The notes under the pieces were generated by a model that had not been told where the DNA came from, did not search any database, and saw only the letters and a list, made by a program, of their open reading frames with translations. A DNA stretch of 46,678 nt from Ionaspis alba (taxonomy: Eukaryota): positions 1 through 46,678 of the forward strand of contig CAXUUL010000049.1 in assembly GCA_964255285.1 (NCBI GenBank), in the 5' to 3' direction. Shown piece after piece: positions 14,001-26,838 of this stretch. Within the stretch, counting starts at the first letter, position 1; each line of letters begins with the position of its first letter. The position numbers and the translations under genes were made by a program.

Positions 14001-16780
14001 CGTCGTTCAGGCAGGTTTCGAGAAGTCCAGGGCGTCAAGCTTCATGCAGAACGCGGTGTCACTTTCTGGCGTTTCAATCTTGAGGTTGAGCTCGGTGAGC
14101 AGCAAGCTCGAATAGCATACAGCATCAACAAGGCAGCATCTATTGGGTACTGGGTGCCGGCTAGAGCGCACACCATGAACATCATGTTCCATAGCTGTAA
14201 TGGCTTCAGCATGAGTGTCAAGTGGGTTCGATCCAACTTCTCTGTTTTGTGTCTTCGTTGACTGGTGTAGTCCTGCCGACTTTTCCGGTCCAGATCCACT
14301 TTGGCGTGACGTTCTAAACAGTCACCAAACCAAGCCATTTCATGTCATGATAGGTGGTGGAGACCAGATATACAACGATGCTGTGATGGCACAGACAAGT
14401 TTGTTTCAAGAATGGCTTGCCATCAAAAATCCTCATCACAAACACGAAGCACAATTTACACATGAGATGAAGGAGGAGCTGGAGACCTTCTACCTCGAAA
14501 GATACTCGATGTGGTTTTCCCAAGGACTGTTCGGTATGGCAAACTCCCAAATTCCGATGATCAACATGTGGGACGACCATGGTAAGATCTTTCCCCTTCC
14601 CTATCCCATTTTTCATATGGAACGATCTACTTATCTCGCGTCTTAGATATAATTGACGGTTTTGGCTCATACCCACATCACTTTATGAGCACTCCAGTGT
14701 TCTGCGGGTTGGGGAACATCGCGTTCAAATATTACATGTTATTCCAGCACCAGAGCGTTGCCGATGAGACATCTGCCGATGAGCCAAGCTGGCTCTTCGG
14801 AGCTTCTCCTGGACCTTATATCAATGAGCTCAGCAGAAGTGTCTTCGTGTCTCTTGGCAAACATGTAGCATTTGTTGGCCTTGACTGTCGGACGGAGCGG
14901 ATGGTACGAGCATCACAGATTCGAACGGCTACTTGTTACTGATACCTCCTACAGCGAGATGAAATATTGAGTGAGGAGTCTTACGAGCTCATCTTTGATC
15001 GATGTCGTCGCGAGATTGACAAAGGCGTAACGAAGCACTTGATCGTTCTGCTTGGGGTTCCAATAGCATACCCCAGACTTGTATGGCTTGAGAATATTCT
15101 TACAAGTAGGGTTATGGATCCCATCAAAGCAATAGGTCGCATGGGTTTGATGGGTAGTTTCCTAAACAAATTCGACGGTGGCGTTGAGATTCTGGACGAT
15201 CTCGATGATCACTGGACTGCAAAGAACCACAAACACGAAAGAAACTGGTTCATCCAAGAGCTACAAAGCCTAGCTGCCGATAAGTCTGTCCGAGTGACAA
15301 TCCTTGGGTGAGTCCCCTCACAGTCGGTCAAGCAGTCTTACAATAGCTAACGACTATCAGAGGCGACGTGCACCTTGCCGCTGTCGGACAGTTCTACTCT
15401 AACCCGAAATTGAGGATTCCCAAAGACAAGGATCATCGATACATGCCTAACGTCATCTCCTCGGCCATTGTGAACACACCTCCACCAGAAATGATGGGAG
15501 ACATTCTTAACAAGCGCAACAAAGTCCATCATTTGGACCATGAGGTACAGGACTTCTCTGAGGCCATAACCCTTTAGCTAATGGATTATGACAGACCGAC
15601 GAGGACATGATTCCTATGTTTACATACGACGTCGATGGCAAATTGAGGAACAATAAGAGACTGCTTCCGAGACGAAACTGGTGCTCTATTTCCGAGTACC
15701 AGCCAGGTTTGTGGAATCCCCAAAGTATGATATAGTCGATAATTAAATTTCGCGTACTTAGGGTCCACTCCTCCTCCAACGCCTCCCCTATCGTCCTCCG
15801 GGCCATCAGAAGAATCTCTTCAACCGCAGCCGCGCAATCGACTCCAACGCACATTCTCCCTTACACACGGTGATTCCAAACCAGCAAATCTATTCCGTCG
15901 TCTTTCTCAGCGTGCGCCACCGTCTCCGGAACCCTCGCCAGCGGATCAATACCGTCCTTCGTCCACCAAATCCCATCCCATACGACCCTTTTCGGACGAC
16001 CAGTTACCTATCCAAGCAAAATCACCGACAGCTGTGAACACCAATGGGGCATCTCGTGGTGTGTCTGCACCACTTCCCTTCCGTCCCATCAGCACATTTC
16101 ATCGTCGACCCACCAATCTCAGCGAGCAAGCGGCCGCCAAAGGCGGTACTACCACTGGCGAGATCAATCTGGAGTACGGTCTTGATATCGTGCTGAACTG
16201 CGAGGTAAGCCAACGTGATCCCGCTGGTTGCACTGTTCCGTATCGTCTACTGGTACCGACTTTGTGGTATGAAGATGGCTCGGTGGACATACCTGGTGGC
16301 CAGCGGAAAGAAAGTTGGCTCCAGAGATTCGGCAGCAGACGAAGCAAGAAAGGATTAGCGGAACGTCAAGGCGCTGGAGAGTGGGGTGGAGGTCATAGTG
16401 ACAGCGAAAGCGATTTTGGAAACGAGAGGCAAGGAACCGGGAAATTTGAGGCACAAGAGAGATTACAGTCCGAGAGTCCTTCGATTCAGAAATTACCTCA
16501 TGGTGCAGCGTTTATTGGGGTCAATGGAAATGGGGATGTTAGGAGACCGGTCGGCGTTCCTCCTGGCTGGGGTTCTCCAACGATGGGAGACCGAGAAGAG
16601 CCCGCCAGGCAGCGGCTTGGGAGTAAGTTCGATGCAAATGGGAACAGCAATTTTTTCGGTACCAATACTCAGATTCATGGTGGTGGTGGTGGTGGTGGGA
16701 AGATAGGGGGTGGTTATGGGGGCATTGAGGCTTACAAGGACAAAGAGAAGGGGTGGAGGAGATTATTCTCTCGAGAGTAG
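11077..16780 (+). CDS. Large fungal PhoD-like (metallophosphatase-fold) protein with a long disordered N-terminus. Introns 14222-14270, 14582-14646, 14904-14954, 15308-15360, 15545-15594, 15707-15761 (plus possible 13165-13482)
   Basis: Spliced exons give FHSCNGFS, GGGDQIYND, MWDDH|DIIDGFGSYP, DCRTER, LDDLDDHW and LG|GDVH, motifs typical of PhoD-like phosphatases. The N-terminal ORF (11077) continues across the N gap via the EHLSH repeat into the 12366 frame. Confidence 0.85.
11984..12220 (+). repeat. Coding 15-bp tandem repeat (ATGAACATCTCAGCC)n encoding (EHLSH)n, interrupted by a 100-N assembly gap (12054-12153)
   Basis: About 4.7 perfect copies lie before the gap and about 4.5 after it. 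Confidence 0.97.
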
Positions 16781-17125
16781 AGCACTGAGCAGTAAAGAAA
16801 TCAATTGACGTCGTGGAAATCCTGCCGGTCTAGCGTCGCCTAAAGAGATAATCCTTAGGTATTGTATTCTTGCTATGGTTCCAGCATAACTCACTTTCGC
16901 CTTATTGATCTGACTAGATACGACGTAATTGTATTCAAAACCTTCGCTCGAAGACTAACAAATACTCTATCTCGGGTGAAATTGTTCGGATGTGGCGAGA
17001 ATCCAGGGTGTAGGAAAAGCAGTTCCAATTCCTCGATAAATCTTTCATTCTAATCAACGCCTTCACCGTCTACCACTATGCAGCTATCAATGTGCACGTC
17101 ATGTTGTCGTCACTGGCCGTAAATA

Positions 17126-18376
17126 TCATGAACTCAGTTTCATGCTTCCACAACTCGAGCATGTCCACCATTGGCTCTCCATGAAGGTTCCACAGGTGTG
17201 GCAGAGCCAGCCTAGGGGTTTTTTGCTCTCTGCAGCCTGGAGAGCCGCGATAGATGAGACGGATTTACTGGTGGTGTTCTTCGGTGGTTTTGAGGAGCGC
17301 ACTGAAGCTTGGCGAGATGCTGGATATGGAAGGTTGGAGGAGAAAGTCGAAGCAGGACGCTCGGTACCGCAAGCATCGCAGCACAGATATGTTGAAGGGT
17401 TGAAAAGAGTACAAACCCCGCAGGGCCAGCCATCAGACGTCTCGGCTGACAGAGAACCTTCCACGGGCAGTGGCCTCGAGTCTACCTGAGCTGGAGGTGC
17501 CTCTGTTGCAGCCATTGTAGGGATCACCTTCCCTTGACTCCCAGCCGGATTGGTACTACTGGGCGGAACGTAGTCTTTCCCATATTTCTGCCTCTCATCC
17601 TCCTGTATCATCTCAATATAAGCCTGCATGACAGCCTCTTCATTCGCATCCTGCTCCTCCGCCTTTGTCCTGAATCCGTTCTTCGTGGTCTCTTCCACTA
17701 TACCTTGCTCCCTCTCGGTACCGCTAGCGCAGCCCTTTGTCACCGTTCTTCGCCTGGTTGCTGCGTCGGCGATTACCTTCCGGATGTCTTCGCCACGTCT
17801 CACCGGAGCCCCTCCTAGCTTCTGTCCGCTACCGGTTGCCAATGTTCGACGCCTCTCTGCGGCCGCGCGAGCACGACGGCGGGCTTCTTGCATGGGAATC
17901 CTAGCACCGCCGAGCTTGTGGCCGGTAGAAAGGAAGCCTTCTCCAGTATAACCCTTTCTAACAAGCTGTTCGTGTTCATTTCGAAGCTGATTCCACAGAT
18001 TGTGGAAGGCCTCATCATGTGGACCATGAACTATATGACACAGTCTGTTGGAGTTCAGCACCTGCCCACTTCAATGCAGCCGAGCTACGTACTCATGCAA
18101 CATGGTGTCCACAACATCCTCCATGGGTAGAAATTGACTTTCGTCGTGAGGATAACGCAGTCGTAGACAGATTTTTTGCCCTTTATTCCAGTTCAGACCT
18201 AACAAGTTCTTCTCTGGAGGCCAGAATTCCGTCAGGATCCCGACTCTCCATCCCCGTTGTCTCATGATCGGTTTAACCAACGAGGCTATCTTTTGTAGCG
18301 CTTTCAAGGCTTCAGCCTCTCGCGGCCGGAACTTCTCGTGCTCATACTCAGAGATGACAGGATCGTGCTCTAGCAT
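17126..18376 (-). CDS. WSS1: WLM-domain DNA-dependent metalloprotease (Wss1-like) with two C-terminal RanBP2-type zinc fingers, 2 exons (18376-18093, 18044-17126), ~400 aa
   Basis: Motifs LLGLNWNKGQKICLRLR and TMLHE|LCHIVHGPH (HExxH split by intron 18092-18045), plus WPCGVCTLFN...C..C and WLCHTC...CSSC. Confidence 0.9.
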
Positions 18377-18727
18377 TTTGCGAATCTCAAAGTAATTTGT
18401 TTAGTATCAGGAGACCAGAACAATGCTGGGTTGCGATGCTAAAAGAAGGAAGGCATTATTCTAGAAACAGAGAGAACCTCGAAAAGGTATTTACAAATCA
18501 GCTATCCACATCTTTGTTTTCTACATCCGCTAGAGAAAATCAAACAGAGTTGAGGGGATCAAACATGTATGATACAGTTGTTTCTTCAGCTGTCTTCATC
18601 ACTGCTGAAATAATATCAGATATACAATCACGGTCACGTGAACTCCTCCCTGCTATCAAGTCCACCCCTCAGTCTGGCTTAATACGTTGTCGCACGCTGG
18701 ACTCACAACTGTCAAGGCTCTACAGCA

Positions 18728-20227
18728 ATGCCTGACTTTGTGCAATACGTTGTGAGCATATTGAATCTTGGGCGCTGAATCCTACTGACCAACCTAAAAT
18801 AGTTCTCCACAATCCCCGACGACGTAAAGAACTATTCTCGAGAAGTGGTAGACTACTCCGGCGATATTGTCGAATCAGTCGAGCGCCACATCGAGTCGGT
18901 CGCAGCATCTTTGCGGCAAACCCTACAGAACACTCCGTGGGTGCCTGAATCCATCAAACCGCCACCTCCGCCCCGCTCCAAAGTCCCTACCGTTCCTCTC
19001 ACTTACCTCGAACGCGCTCAGAACTGGATATCAAGGAATCGCGCAATCACTGCTGCGGTAGTAGCCTTCATTGGCACGAGCACATTCATCATATGGCGTC
19101 GCCGAAGGATATCTCGACGAAAGAGACGGGCACGAAAAGTGGCCAACGGTGCGAGGACGGAAGTGGTGATCCTGGCTGGCTCTCCGCATTCGCCACTCAC
19201 GCGCTCGTTGTCTCTGGACCTTGAACGTCGCGGTTTCATCGTATACATACCCGTCAGCACTATGGCGGAGGAGCAAATCGTTCACGCGGAGCTCCGCGCT
19301 GATATACACCCCCTCAATCTCGACATTACCTCTGTAAGCCTAATCCTCCCTCGGCAAGCTCAAGCCTTGAGCGCCAAGCTGATATCGCTCACGTAGCCCG
19401 AATCCACGGCAGAAGCTCTCGCGAAGCTAAGCTCTGACCTCTCACACCCGCATCGTCGTACTCTCCACCTCGCCGCTCTCCTCCTCCTGCCATCCCACCC
19501 TTCCACGCTCCCAACCGGTCCCATAAGCTCTCTTCCACCTCCCCTATGGTCAGATGCCCTCAACACACACATCCTCTATCCTCTCAGTATCGTGCACGCC
19601 TTCTTCCCTCTTCTCTCAGCCCAGCACCGGAGCCCACAAGGTTCCGCGCCCCATACCTCCCTCATCCTCATCCAGCCATCCATTACACCCTCTCTCAGAC
19701 CTCCGCATCATGCACCCGAGTCGGTCACGGCTTCGGCACTCGCGGCATGGCTACAGACGCTCCGTTTGGAGCTCTCAGGCACAAATGTCGCCGTTACGCA
19801 CCTCAAACTGGGCTCGTTCGATTTCACTTCGGCAGCTAGAGGGAGACAGCAGCTGATCACTCAAAGGGCGAATCGCCGTGAAGAGCGACGGCCCTCTGGT
19901 GGTGAAAGGGCGAAGTCATCGTGGCTCGAAAGTTATTTCTCGCTAGGCGCTACTGGGCATGGGCTCAAGGGGACCTCGCTACGAGAATTGCATGATGGCG
20001 TCTTCGATGCGGTGGTGGGCAGGTATAGTGGTGGGACAGTATTCCTTGGCAGGGGCAGTTGGGCCTACGAAATGGTGGGACGGTGGGTACCGATGGGTAT
20101 CGTAGGATGGATGATAGGTAGGACCGACGAAGTGAGGGCCCAGGAGCAGCAGGATGACGATGGCGACCACTTGCAGAGCTTGGGGGAAGGGAGTGTGGAA
20201 TGGGAGGATGTGGGAAAGGCGGCCTGA
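18728..20227 (+). CDS. DUF1776 family fungal protein, 3 exons (18728-18751, 18803-19333, 19397-20227), ~461 aa
   Basis: A TM helix is followed by RKRRARKVANGARTEVVILAGSPHSPLTRSLSLDLERRGFIVY, and SLRELHDGVFDA occurs near the C-terminus. Both introns are canonical and in frame. Confidence 0.82.
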
Positions 20228-21452
20228 AGGTTCCGGAAGCGATGTTGGTAGGATTTACGAAAACCGGGTCGAGGTCGAGAACGTGGGCATGAGGGTGTGA
20301 TCAATTGTGGGGAGGGTGAGATGGAGTTAGGACACTGGTCGGAATCTACAACTTGGCAGTGAACTGGGTGCATGCAGTATCTCCAATCAACCCACGGAAG
20401 ACCTTAATTTTCTTCAGCGATCATAGCCTAAGATTTAGTCGACCGTTATTCAGACAGCGGCAACGTATTGCCGTCCTTCCTAAGTAAAAGCTCAAGCCCC
20501 AATCACGATGCGGTCGGTCTTGGATGATGAAAAGTGGCACAACTGCACATGAGAGGCTGTTATTTCAAGTCCAACTACCCTGCCCGCGGATCTTTCATCC
20601 TTTGTTCCGTGTAACGGGTTACCGATGAACATGACGAATGAGGCGCCGACTATTTGATTGTGCATTGAGGATCCCCTGCAAAGTCAATCACGTTATCGAA
20701 TCTTTGCCTCTCCTAGCACCAACTCTCCAACCTTCTCTGACAATGCAACGGCTACTCCGAACGGCCAGGTGTGAGTTTCGGTGGTCTGATCGATAGTTTC
20801 CTGCCTGGAAAAGGTCGGCGGTTATGATCGGGTGATGGACACCACAAGGGTTTTGAGTTCTTGCCCTGAAAAGAAGTAGCTTGATAGCTCGGGCCGTTGA
20901 TCAACCCATGGTGCTGGTCCAACTTAAAAGCGGTCACCAGTAGCGAATGGCCAGCATGCTTGCGCATATCATCGCTCCACATTTGCACCGTCTCGACCAT
21001 GCGGAAGCTGTTGCCTATGACCTGCATGGCCGGAAGTACGAAGAGCTTCCGCGCTCCAGTCTCGTCACTGCTGCATGCAGGACTCGGAGCTATGAGACTC
21101 GTGGTACATGTACGTTCAAGCTCAATCGAATCAATGGGTTTATGTACACGCACACTGCGGTCGGGTCGTGGCTGCGGCCACGTCGGAGGCTTGGAGAGTG
21201 CATCGTAGGCGACCACGGCCTCTTCAGCGTCATGGCCGTCACCGTCGAACAGTACGGTACTAAGCTCAACTGCCGAAGCCAGTGCCATGGAAGTTCGAGA
21301 TGCGCAACGCAACGACCACGGTGTCCGTGCGTGGATTTGTCTCATCGCCCAGGGCTTTGAGAGGACGTCAGGTGCGGTCTGGAATACGGTTTCGGAGCAT
21401 TTGTTCGGATGGTAATTGCCTCGCTTATCGAGACGTGAAGAACAGCCAGTGG

Positions 21453-22334
21453 TCAACGATTGTCGTAGCCACCTCTTCTCCTTTGCCCGTACCGGGTCTT
21501 CCCTCTTCCTCTGCCTTCCCTTCTGTTGGCATCTCTCCTCTCCCATTCTCTCTCTTCCTCCCTTTCACCCTCCTCGCGGATACGCGCTCGCTCTTGCTCC
21601 AGCTCCTCGGGGCTCTTTTCCACTCTCACGGTTGGTTTCGGCAGATCCTCTGGCCACCGTGGATGAGCGCCTTCCTTGCACTGCCTGCCCGATGGACAGA
21701 AGCCTGCGAGATAGAACTTGCAGATTGTTCTGCGGACGTGCTTTTTGCTACAACGCAGACCTAGCGGACAGAAACCTTTTTCGTAATGAGGGCAAGGTTG
21801 CAGCTTGGAGGTCGGATCGATATGCAGGTAGAGACATTCGTCGCCGTTGGGGCAGTAAAGAGAGCGCGTATAGTGGTTGCATTCCGGCATCCGTCGTCTG
21901 GCCACCAACAGTCAGCTTTGCACAGCAAGAATGAAGCGAATCGTGATGGATATTATCTGGAGCGGATATTGACCTGACTCAGGCAAACGAGGCATGGTTG
22001 AAACAACAAGGCCACCTTACAGATTGTATTCATGCAAGAATTCGCACTGATCACCCTTCTTGCACAACCCTCTCAGCCAATGCTTGCAGACGAGATTGTT
22101 GAACGAATGAGTAGCCTGGTGCTTGTCGGGACAGGCGATGCCAAGCGGGCAGTGCCCTTCTCGAAACGCCTTGCAATACGGACGACTCGCATCGAGGCCG
22201 AAGCGATATTCCCGTCTGAGAAAATCGGAGAAGGCGAAGTTGTACTGCGGAGGAGTGGTATGGAATGACCCTGATGGTCGATGGGCGGGATCGACTGCTG
22301 CTGGGGTTGAGCCTCTCTCGACCGAGACGGCCAT
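21453..22334 (-). CDS. YTH1: mRNA 3'-end processing factor Yth1/CPSF30 (five CCCH fingers), 2 exons (22334-22021, 21897-21453), ~252 aa
   Basis: The motif [30 protein letters not shown] is restored by intron 22020-21898 (GTAAGG...GCTGAC...CCAG). Confidence 0.95.
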
Positions 22335-22752
22335 TACCGATATCCCTGCGGACGAAGATCCAAAACAACAGGTTCTGGTCCTGACGGTCGCTCGGATCCA
22401 GTCGGTGCCACACAACCGATGCAGGAACGACGAGGTGTCCGGAAGGTCACTATACCTTGCTCACGAGCGTCCCCCTGAGCAAGTTTGGCAGGACGAGATG
22501 CCTAGGTTTGATGAGGATCAGCCAGCGAGACAGGAAGTTGAGCGACGAGTCTGGGTACCGAGAGTTGGAACGATGGGTGATGTTTTAGTGTAGCCCTATG
22601 CGGTGTTGAGGCGGAAAGGACGAGGCAGGTGGAAGCAGGTTCCGAAGACGATCGTCGAGGAGGCTTTGACCACCGCGACAGGCGGAACAGAAAACGCCAC
22701 TTGGGGAATCTTCCGGCTGGTGTGTCAGTCTTGCGGGTGAAGCTATAATAAG

Positions 22753-22801
22753 AGTAGTAGTAGCAGTAGTAGCAGTAGCAGCAGCAGCAGCAGTAGTAGT
22801 A
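22753..22801. repeat. Compound (AGT/AGC)n trinucleotide microsatellite
   Basis: About 16 consecutive AGT/AGC units in the intergenic region upstream of YTH1. Confidence 0.9.
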
Positions 22802-25298
22802 TGGTAGCCGTAAGAAGGCAAAATGGAACAAGGCCAAGGGAGGGCGTGAGTAGGAGGAAGGAGTATGTTGGACGAGGGAGCTCTCACTCAACACATCCCA
22901 GTCCCTGTACAAGTATATTCCCCCTTCAACAAGCCACCACCGATCGAGATGAACACCGGGCACGTGCTGGTCCTGCGATTTGTGCGTTTGGACCAGTTTT
23001 CGATGGTTCGTATCGGCTCGTCGTGCCGAGGATTTCTCCTTTTTCTCCTAGCGACAAGAAAAAAGAGGGCAACAACCAAACGGTTGCTCGTGGTCGTGCG
23101 TGGTCCCGCGGATCGAGAGATGCATGCATGCACGCACGCACGCACGCACTGCACCCTACGGAGAGCCGGTATTTTGTATCTTACTTTAACACGCACTACT
23201 GTCAGTAGGAGTAGTAGATCGAGACGAGCCTATCTATGTGTGTGTACACTCTGTATGGGTGTGTGTGTATGTCAGAGGTGCATCGAAAGGAAACACGACC
23301 CAGCATGTCATCCTGCTCGCTCACTCTCTATCTCATTCTCTCTCGCTGTGTGCGTATATCTTTTTCTCTTTTGTTCGTGCCGCCACCCGATCCATCATTG
23401 TCTCCATTGTCCCCATCATCCCCACCATCCCCGGCATCCCCACCAAAGGAACCAAGCCAAGAGCCACAAGCGCAAGCCAGCCAGCGGCACAACCAGGGTA
23501 GGCGAGAGATCCCGAAGTTTAAGGTAGTGCTTGCCACAATGCTTGCCAGTGCTTACCAGTGCTTGCCAGCTTGGAACCTTCGCCCCAAAGGAGCGTTGAT
23601 GAGCGGCACGGATCGACATCGTCGACCAGCATGTCAATCAAGGTGACTAGTGCGGATGCGAATACAGACGAGTGCGAGAGTACTCTACAGCCCATCTGTA
23701 TGTATACGTTTCTCCTCGACTGCTCTCGGCATGTACATCTCCACTCGTGCTAAGCACAATCACTGCTGTGCCTTTTCCCATGCGGTACAATCATCCGTGT
23801 CCTCACACCGGGAAAAGTGCCCTACCAGACCTCCAGAGCGATCTAGCAGTAGGTAAAATCTACATGCAGTAAACTCACTACGTACTGGTGCATCCTCTGG
23901 TTGTCAGGGAAGTACGGATGGCCGGAATGCTAGAGGGAAAGCGTGAAAGCAACAAGCTCGAGCATCGACCTTCGACTTCTTTTACCCACAAGACGCAATT
24001 CTTGCCTGCTTAGGGCAGCAAGCGCGCTCTCACCACCACCCCCAAGTGCCTTCCCAGTGACTGTCGCAGCTACTACTGATCCACAAATCCTCTTTCCCCT
24101 CCTCCCGCAGTCTCCCACCGCTTATCGTTGCTGCTCACCCGTCACCGTCTTTCCCCAAAGTGGCTGAATTGCCATGTCATCTCTCGTCCTCATCCCCGCA
24201 GCAGTAGGGATCCAGCACGAGTCTGGTGCATGCGGTGGTGCACCTTGTTCCGCCACCAGATGCTGCAAGTCCGTCTCATCTGCCACTCCCACCAAATTCA
24301 CCCTGTTCCCCGTCGAAAAGCTACGCGGCCTGGGGTGTTGACTTTCGGTACGAGATGCGAGCGGCCGGCTTGGAGAGGATCATGAAAACGAGGGCGCACC
24401 GATGGACAGTGCTAAGCCCGGATCGAGACACCAGCGCAGTGCTTGGGAGGATAAGAGGCAAGGTGGAACTGCATGATCATTGGATCCAGAATCAGAACGC
24501 CGAGGCCAGGCAGGGGCGTGGGCTACTGCGAGTAATGCCAGTTCCTCTACCTGAAGCTTCCACCAATACACAACGAGCCCAACCAACCTCTCGCTGCTCC
24601 CGGCCGTTACATTGGATCCATTCTCCGCGTGCTTTCTTAGCCAGGAAAATGGAGGGTATCGATCACACAACTTTGCTGACTCTCTCCCTCTCCCTCTCCC
24701 TCTGCCTCTCTCTCTCTGCCACGATCCAAACCCCAGGGCCGCCCTCCAGGCACGCCTCACAATTCCCTGTTCCCTGAATCAGTGGGTCTGGGGATGCTTC
24801 GTGAGGAATCCTGCAGTCGGATGGCCTACCAATCGCCGTTTGATATTCCTCGTTGCTGGTCCGCCTAATAATACCCTTCGTCGCCCTCTTGGTCATCTGC
24901 ATATAAAGTTCGATCATCTCCACTGAGGTGTTCATCCCTACGTTTATCTATCCAGTGTCTCCTCTCTCTCCCCCTGATGCATGCTCTCTCGTGTAAACTG
25001 TCATTGTACCGGCGTTGATACTGCCCTGTCGTTCTTTCTTTGGTTGGTCTTCAAGCACATTCACTCTTCTACTAGTCAATCATCTCTTCGGTCTATTGAG
25101 GTCTCGTCTTGTTGGCCGCCACCACCAGTATCGCGGCAGCGCTCGTTCAACTGACCTGTGACTTCACGTACATATACCCATCCCTAGCCGCATTGACTGC
25201 CCGTTGGAAGGTAAGCGGAAAGCATTCTGTTTTTCATTTATGTACCCGTTGTCGACGACGAGGACACTGATCGCGGTAGTCACCTGAATTGGCTTGCG

Positions 25299-26514
25299 AT
25301 GAACCCCAACCAGCCGATCTCCTACTTCGCCAATGCAGTTTATTATCCGAATTGGAAAGTCTACCGTGACCAGCCACCTTCGTCCTTGAACCTCTCCTTC
25401 ATATCACATATCTTTTATGCTTTCGCCTGGTATTTGCTCTTCTTCACGGAAAAGACGGCAGCATACTGACCACCGAACCCCAGGCCCGGATCTGATGGTG
25501 CATTATCTGTAGCTGTACCCCCATTCCCAACGTAGAGAAGGCGCACTAATGCAATGGCAAGTTGAGCGACGAGAACGCTGACACGGACATTGAGGTCGAT
25601 GGCGCTCAGGGATGCATCAATGCACTTCGACTCCTGAAACAGCACCACCCGCAACTGAAGATCATCCTCTCTGTCGGTGGTGGAGGTCAGGGGAGTGCCT
25701 CCTTTGCAAGGATCGCCCGCAGCGAGCTTTTGAGACACGAGTTCGCCAGGAGCGTCAGGGAATTTGTGGTCATGTACGACTTTGATGGAATCGACAGTGA
25801 TTGAATATCAATTCGGGCGGCGGTGTCCTGGCTGACCGGTCTGCAGTCGATTGGGAACATCCCCAAGACGCACAACAAGGCGCTAATTATCTCCTCCTCC
25901 TCGAAGCAATCAGGAACTTCCTTCCCTCCCCCTTCTTCTTGACGTCTGCTCTGAACGCTGATGCGTGGGTCTTGGACAACATCGACGTCGGTCGGGCCTC
26001 GACCTACCTTGACATGATAAACCTCATGACATACGATTTCTCAGGGCCGTGGGTAGATTCCTCCGGTCATCAAGCACAGCTCTTCACACCGCAGCATCCG
26101 CACAATCATGCAGCCGCAACGTCCTGCCATTCCGCTGTATCGTATATGCGTGCGAGGGGTGTACCGCCCAATAAGATTCTTCTCGGGATTCCTGCTTACG
26201 GTCGCTCTTTTCTTGGTGTCAATGGTATCGCCCAGAGAGCGACGGGATCGGGAGGTGAAGATGGTGTGTTCGAATACCACGAGCTCCCCAGGCCAGGGGC
26301 CCAGGAGTATGTCGACATGCAAATCGGTGCGGCCTATTGCATCGGCGGAGACGGTGGCTTCGTAACTTACGACAACCCTCAGACTGTGCAGATGAAGGCA
26401 CATTATGTGAAAAGGGCAAGACTGGGAGGACTTTTCTACTGGGCTGGTACCGGTGACGTGCGTGGTCCGAGAAGCTTGGTGGAGACCGGCTACAATACCT
26501 TACATGACCTTTGA
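25299..26514 (+). CDS. GH18 chitinase with no obvious signal peptide, 4 exons (25299-25429, 25484-25508, 25562-25796, 25847-26514), ~352 aa
   Basis: Motifs NAVYYPNW, SHIFYAFA, ILSVGG, catalytic FDGID|IDWE, INLMTYDF and GGLFYW. There is a probable 5'UTR intron at 25211-25279. Confidence 0.92.
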
Positions 26515-26838
26515 TGGATCTCGTTCTGTGCACCATTTCAATGATTTTTTTTATAGTTCTAGTGGCGAAGACGACGGCGGTCACTTCACCGGCGCATGAC
26601 TGCATAGAAGTAGTACAAATCAAAGCAAGCTGGCGCTTGATTTAAAGAATTCCAATTACGTAGGGTTGTGCAGACTTGCATCTGGTTGTAGTTTGGGTGT
26701 CAATGTGACGCAGTGTGTAGGGCCCAAGCATCTACCAAAATCTCATCTCACGTATCAAGTCGACCTCGATGAACAGCTCGCTGAAAACTGGAGCGATGTA
26801 CCGCTTCAATCCCGAAGATCGATGGTGTTACCAGTGAG

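Noticed and set aside
18634..18641. TCACGTGA E-box in the WSS1/DUF1776 divergent promoter
   Set aside because: A single 8-mer without conservation data cannot be called functional.
20752..21546. 264-aa minus-strand ORF overlapping the YTH1 3' end in another frame
   Set aside because: It has no recognisable domain or splice link to YTH1 and is most likely a chance ORF in the 3' flank.
22502..24935. Many 60-220 aa ORFs between YTH1 and the chitinase
   Set aside because: They derive from low-complexity repeats, with no domain or coherent exon structure.
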